DNA from: Azolla caroliniana
Taxonomy: Eukaryota > Plantae > Polypodiophyta
Length of the DNA: 64,000 nt
NCBI GenBank assembly: GCA_043228905.1
Contig: JBHGNT010000002.1
Location: forward strand, 22,196,001-22,260,000
Direction of reading: 5' to 3'
Shown: piece after piece, positions 59,142 to 64,000 of the stretch
Numbering within the stretch: the stretch's first letter is position 1
Layout of the letters: every line of letters starts with the position of its first letter
Position numbers and translations under genes: made by a program
The notes under the pieces: generated by a model
Databases searched by the model: none
What the model was told of the DNA's origin: nothing
What the model saw: only the letters and a program-made list of their open reading frames with translations

Positions 59142-59544
59142 TGTCAAGATTCGAACTCTTGACACGACCATGTTATAATCTACTATTATGAGTTAACCAA
59201 GATATCTAGTACTAGTTATGTATATAATTGTTCCTTATTATTTTGCTAGCATCATGTGCATAGTTGCTCCCTTGTAGTATTTACACTTGGCACATGCATG
59301 CATACCTACATGCTCTATTGTAGATTCACATGCGTGCAACAAGTATGCATGCCATGTAGTATAAATAGAGGAGTTCACCTTGAAGGAATTCAAGGTGAAC
59401 AACACCAGTTATGGAGTCTTTCCTTTAGTACTATCTTCTTTCTTGTCCATTTGGTTATCTTCTTCGTTGTCTCTTGAGTTTATGATCCGTGACAGTTTGT
59501 TCACCTTCCCATCCTCATAGCTCTCCCTCTCATAAGCCATAGCT

Positions 59545-60561
59545 ATGTCCGACTCAACTAGTGAGTTAGGCCAAATAATGGTAGCCTTACGACAACTACA
59601 GCTTGAAAATGAAGCTCTTCGAAATTCTTTACAAGAACTTCAAGTCGGTACCTCCCTATCCTCACAACCCCCGAACCCTAGTCTCCCACAACAACCTAGC
59701 CTAGAGCCCGATCTTCTACCAACATCTAGCCTAGCTTCGTCACAGTTTCTTGAGCCTAAGGTTAGCCTCCCAGAAAAATTTGATGGAACGAGGTCGCGTT
59801 TCCGAGGGTTCATCAACCAAGTTCGACTTATCATTCAGCTACAACCTCAACGTTATGGAGATGGTCTTCGACAAGTCGGCCTTGTGGGCACCCTTCTCTC
59901 CGGTCCGGCCCAAGCTTGGTTTGCACCATTGGTAGAAACCTCATCACCTTTATTGGAGGACTTTCCCGCCTTCCTCGCCGAGTTAGAGGCCACATTTGGA
60001 GAGACGGACCGACGACGTACAGCTCTTAACAAGATTTATGCACTCGAACAAGGTTCACGTGCAGCTTCGGTCTATGCTTCCGAATTTCGACAACTAGCAT
60101 GCGACGTCAATTGGGATGATCAAGCTTTAACTGATCACTTTCGGCGCGGTCTTCGAAGCAATGTCAAGAATCTTCTCTTAAACTTTCCGGAGCCCACCTC
60201 GTTATCCCAAGCGATTTCACAAGCAGTCCATTGTGACAATCGTCTTTTCGAATTTCGCCAAGAAGAGCGCCGGACTTGGTTCCCACCTCATTCACTTCCA
60301 CGCCACGCCCCGGTCATACAACCTCAAGCATCCTCACACTCGCCTACTTCGGCAGATGCTCCTATCCCCATGGAAATTGATCAAGCCCGATTTCGACCAT
60401 TGACTGATGCTGAACGACAATTTCGGCGGGCTAATGGCTTGTGCATGTATTGTGGCGCCTCCGGTCATGTCGTTCGCCATTGTCCTAGGAGTACTCGCCC
60501 ACAATTCCATAGAGCTAACGGACCCCAACATCCGGAAAACGACATCGTTCGGTTGCAGTAG
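59545..60561 (+). CDS. Gag (PEG10/Tcn1-like, CCHC knuckle)
   Basis: LPEKFDG, QGSRAASVYASEF, PIPMEID and CMYCGASGHVVRHC. Confidence 0.92.
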   Translation: MSDSTSELGQIMVALRQLQLENEALRNSLQELQVGTSLSSQPPNPSLPQQPSLEPDLLPTSSLASSQFLEPKVSLPEKFDGTRSRFRGFINQVRLIIQLQPQRYGDGLRQVGLVGTLLSGPAQAWFAPLVETSSPLLEDFPAFLAELEATFGETDRRRTALNKIYALEQGSRAASVYASEFRQLACDVNWDDQALTDHFRRGLRSNVKNLLLNFPEPTSLSQAISQAVHCDNRLFEFRQEERRTWFPPHSLPRHAPVIQPQASSHSPTSADAPIPMEIDQARFRPLTDAERQFRRANGLCMYCGASGHVVRHCPRSTRPQFHRANGPQHPENDIVRLQ

Positions 60562-63500
60562 GAGCCATGCAACTGGACATCTCCCGTCGCCCACATTCTC
60601 TTGGTTCCATTGCCGGACCATCAGGCAATTTCACATTGGAGGTATGGCTTTCGTTTAACTCTAGTTCCATTCAGTCTGTTGCTTTACTTGATTCTGGGGC
60701 ATCTTCTTGCTTCATCGACATCGCGTTTGCCCAAGCACATGGCGTACCTGTCGTTGGCCTCTCAAAACCCATTCCAGTTGAAGCCATCGACGGGTGCGTC
60801 CTCTCGTCAGGTGCAATTACTCAAGCTACAATCCCATTAGGGCTTTGGGTGGGCTCACACCAAGAGGAGCTCACCTTTTACCTCATCGCATCTCCTCGAC
60901 ATCCGATCGTCTTAGGACTAACGTGGTTGGAGGCGCACAATCCAATAGTGGATTGGTGCAACCGCTCGATCACATTTAGCAAGCCAAGATGCTCGTGCAA
61001 AAGTATGAAGGTAAATTCAGTTTCCTATCCTTCGGAGACGGTCAACTCCAAATTGACTACCCCATCATCCGTCCAGGATGGGTTTGTTTGTGGCACCATT
61101 TCTAACACACTCCATGTTATTCCCGAAAAATACCAACACTTCTCCGACGTATTTGAAAAATGTAATGCTGATCGGTTGCCTGAACACCGGCTCTACGACT
61201 GTCCGATTGATCTTCAAGAAGGTGCGTGTCCACCCTTTGGTCCTCTATATGCGTTGTCTGCACCAGAGTTGAAGGCCCTTCGTGTGTATCTTGATGAGAA
61301 CCTCGAGAAAGGCTTTATTCAACCTTCTAAGTCACCAGCCGGGGCCCCCATTTTATTTGTGAAGAAGAAGGATGGCTCTCTACGCTTATGCGTCGACTAC
61401 TGAGGTCTCAACAAACTCACTGTGCGCAACCGCTATCCGCTACCTCTGATCCCCGAACTCCTTGATCGGCTCCGAGTTGCGCGTGTCTTCTCCAAAGTTG
61501 ATCTGCGTGGCGCGTACAATCTAGTACGCATCAAGCCGGGGGATGAATGGAAAACCGCATTTCGAACACGGTATGGGCATTTCGAATACAAGGTAATGCC
61601 TTTTGGTCTTACTAATGCTCCCGCAGTTTTTCAACATATGATGAACGATATTTTCCGGGAATATCTTGATCTTTTTGTTGTCATTTACCTCGATGATATT
61701 CTCATTTTCTCGCCAAACATGGAGGAGCACACTCGCCAAGTCCGATTAGTTCTGGCCAAACTTCGCGAGCATGGCATTTATGCCAAAGGCGAGAAATGCG
61801 AGTTCGACCGTACCTCGATCGAATTTCTGGGCTACATCATCTCGCCCACTGGCATCACCATGGATATGAAGAAGGTCTCTGTCATTCAGGCGTGGGCGAC
61901 TCCAAGGCGACTTAAAGATGTGCAATCCTTCCTCGGCTTCGCGAATTTTTACCGTCGCTTCATCAAGGGGTTTTCCACCTTAGCACAACCTCTTATCGCT
62001 CTCACCCATAAAGGCACTCCATTTTTATGGACCTCGGAGGCACAAAATGCGTTCGACTCACTCAAACACGCATTCATCACTGCCCCGGTGCTGCTACATG
62101 CCGACCCCACAAAACCCTTCCAAGTCGAAACCGATGCCTCTGACTTTGCCATTGGCGCCATCTTATCCCAAGCAGACGACAACAACCTAATGCACCCAGT
62201 GGCTTACTATTCCCGAAAATTTACGGCATCTGAAATCAATTATCCCATTTACGACAAGGAGCTTGCTGCTATCATTGCTGCCTTTGAAGAATGGCGACCC
62301 TACTTGGCCGGCGCACAACATCGTGTCCAGGTAGTGACTGATCATAAAAATTTAGTTTATTTTTCCACCACTCGTACTTTGAATCGAAGGCAGGCCCGTT
62401 GGTCTACATTTCTCGCCGACTACAATTTTGAGATCGTATTTCGACCTGGTGGCCAACATGGGAAGGCTGATGCCCTTTCTCGCCGAGCTGACCTTGCACT
62501 CCGCCCTGGGGATGCTGCTTATGCTCAACAATCTAGACGTTTGTTGAAACCCGACCAATTGCATCTGTTTGCCACTTGTATGTTGCAGGATGATTCTTTA
62601 CTCCAACAAATCACTGATGCATCCAAGACCGATGCGTTCGCCAACGAGATTCGAGATAGTTTGCAAAACCCCTCCAAGGCGACCAAAAGGAAGGATCTTG
62701 ACACCTTCACCATACAAGAGGGTTTGTTGTTCCGAGATCATCTCTTATACGTCCCAGAGGGCCCATGTCGCACTCGGGTGTTGCGGGAATGCCACGATGA
62801 CCCACTTGCAGGTCATTTCGGGTTCGCGAAAACCCTCGAGCTAATCTCTCGGGGGTATTGGTGGCCACAACCATGGAAGCTGGTCAAAGAATACATAAAG
62901 AGTTGTGAGGTTTGTGCTCGCTCCAAAGCCATTCATCATCGGCCATACGGCTTACTACAGCCGCTTCCATGTCCTCGTCGTCCTTGGGCCTCTATCTCTA
63001 TGGACCTGATAACTGATCTACCCTTGGTCAATAGCTATGACTCGGTGTTGGTCGTTGTCGATCGGTTTACGAAGATGGCTCACTTCACTCCATGCTCCAA
63101 AACCATTTCCGGAGAAGGAATGGTGCATCTCCTACTCAACAATGTAGTACGCTTGCATGGACTCCCCGATGATGTCATCTCGGATCGCGGACCCCAGTTT
63201 GTCTCTCACTTCTGGCAGCGCCTGCTACAAACTTTAGGCATCTCTGTCAAGTTGTCCTCCGCTTATCACCCCCAAACTGACGGGCAAACAGAACGTGTCA
63301 ACCAAATCCTTGAGCAGTATCTTCGGTGCTCGGTTAGTTACCAACAAGATGATTGGGTCAACTTACTTTCGCTCGCGGAATTCGCCTACAATAATTCTCT
63401 CCATGCATCGACTGGCGTCACTCCCTTCTTTGCCAACTACGGTTTACATCCTCGCTTCAACATTTCCCTTCCTACCACTTCCGTGAACCCTTCGGCGGAG

Positions 63501-64000
63501 GATCGTGCCCGCATTTTGGAAGAAGTACATCATGATTTATCCTTGGAGCTTAGTCTTGCTAATGAACGATACAAGAAGCAGGCTGATCGCCATCGATCTT
63601 CCACTCCACACTTTGTCGTTGGAGACATGGTCTGGTTGTTACGTCGACACATCTCTACTACTCGTCCATGTGCGAAACTTGATTACAAGAAGTTGGGACC
63701 ATTCCGTATCATCGAGTGCATCAATCCCGTCGCCTTCCGGCTCGCCCTTCCATCCCACTTCCGGATTCACGATGTTTTTCATGTCTCCCTCCTCGAACCC
63801 CATTATGCTTCACAACTCCCAGGACGTCAAGCCCCACCACCACCACCTGTGCAATTGACGACAGGGGAGGAATACGAGGTCGACCAAATCCTTGACTCGC
63901 GTTGGCACCGTCGACACTTGCAATACCTCGTCCTATGGAGGGGTTACCCCATGTCTGAGGCCACATGGGAACCATCGGCAAATTTACAAAATGCCCCAGA
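60534..64000 (+). pseudogene. Pol (PR-RT-RNaseH-INT-chromodomain) in the -1 frame with one premature stop at 61401-61403
   Basis: LLDSGA, LCVDY*GLN (TGA where CGA/Arg is expected), YLDD, ETDASD, HHCC, TDGQTER and GPF. The frame appears open from 61404 to the window end. Confidence 0.9.

Larger units (their letters stand above)
59142..64000 (+). mobile_element. Near-intact Tcn1/Tf1-like chromovirus, running off the window
   Basis: 5' LTR 59142-59494 (TGTCA...TGACA, TATA at 59360), gag, and pol with a canonical chromodomain EYEVDQILDSR...YLVLWRGY...ATWEP. Confidence 0.93.

Overview
Eukaryotic (land-plant) genomic DNA, probably a seed-free plant such as a fern or lycophyte (inferred from the element lineages and intron style). 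About 90% of the window is a deeply nested transposon cluster. It holds four Ty1/Copia elements, a tRNA-Trp-primed Ty3/Gypsy family with 4-bp TSDs (one near-intact copy, one pol-less gag-only derivative, two solo LTRs), a chromodomain Gypsy family with TG...TA ends, Tcn1/Tf1-like chromoviruses that appear to self-prime, L1-type LINE remnants, and a 3.4-kb TIR element packed with about 50-bp palindromes. One host gene is present: a 4-exon GT47/exostosin glycosyltransferase (49091-51252). The most notable signals are tRNA-independent self-priming with covarying primer/PBS pairs, tRNA-like Pol III cassettes inside LTRs, the palindrome array in an unclassified TIR element, an in-frame pol duplication joined by a TTAGGG-containing filler, and two -1 frameshift/pseudoknot sites. 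All coordinates were read by eye.
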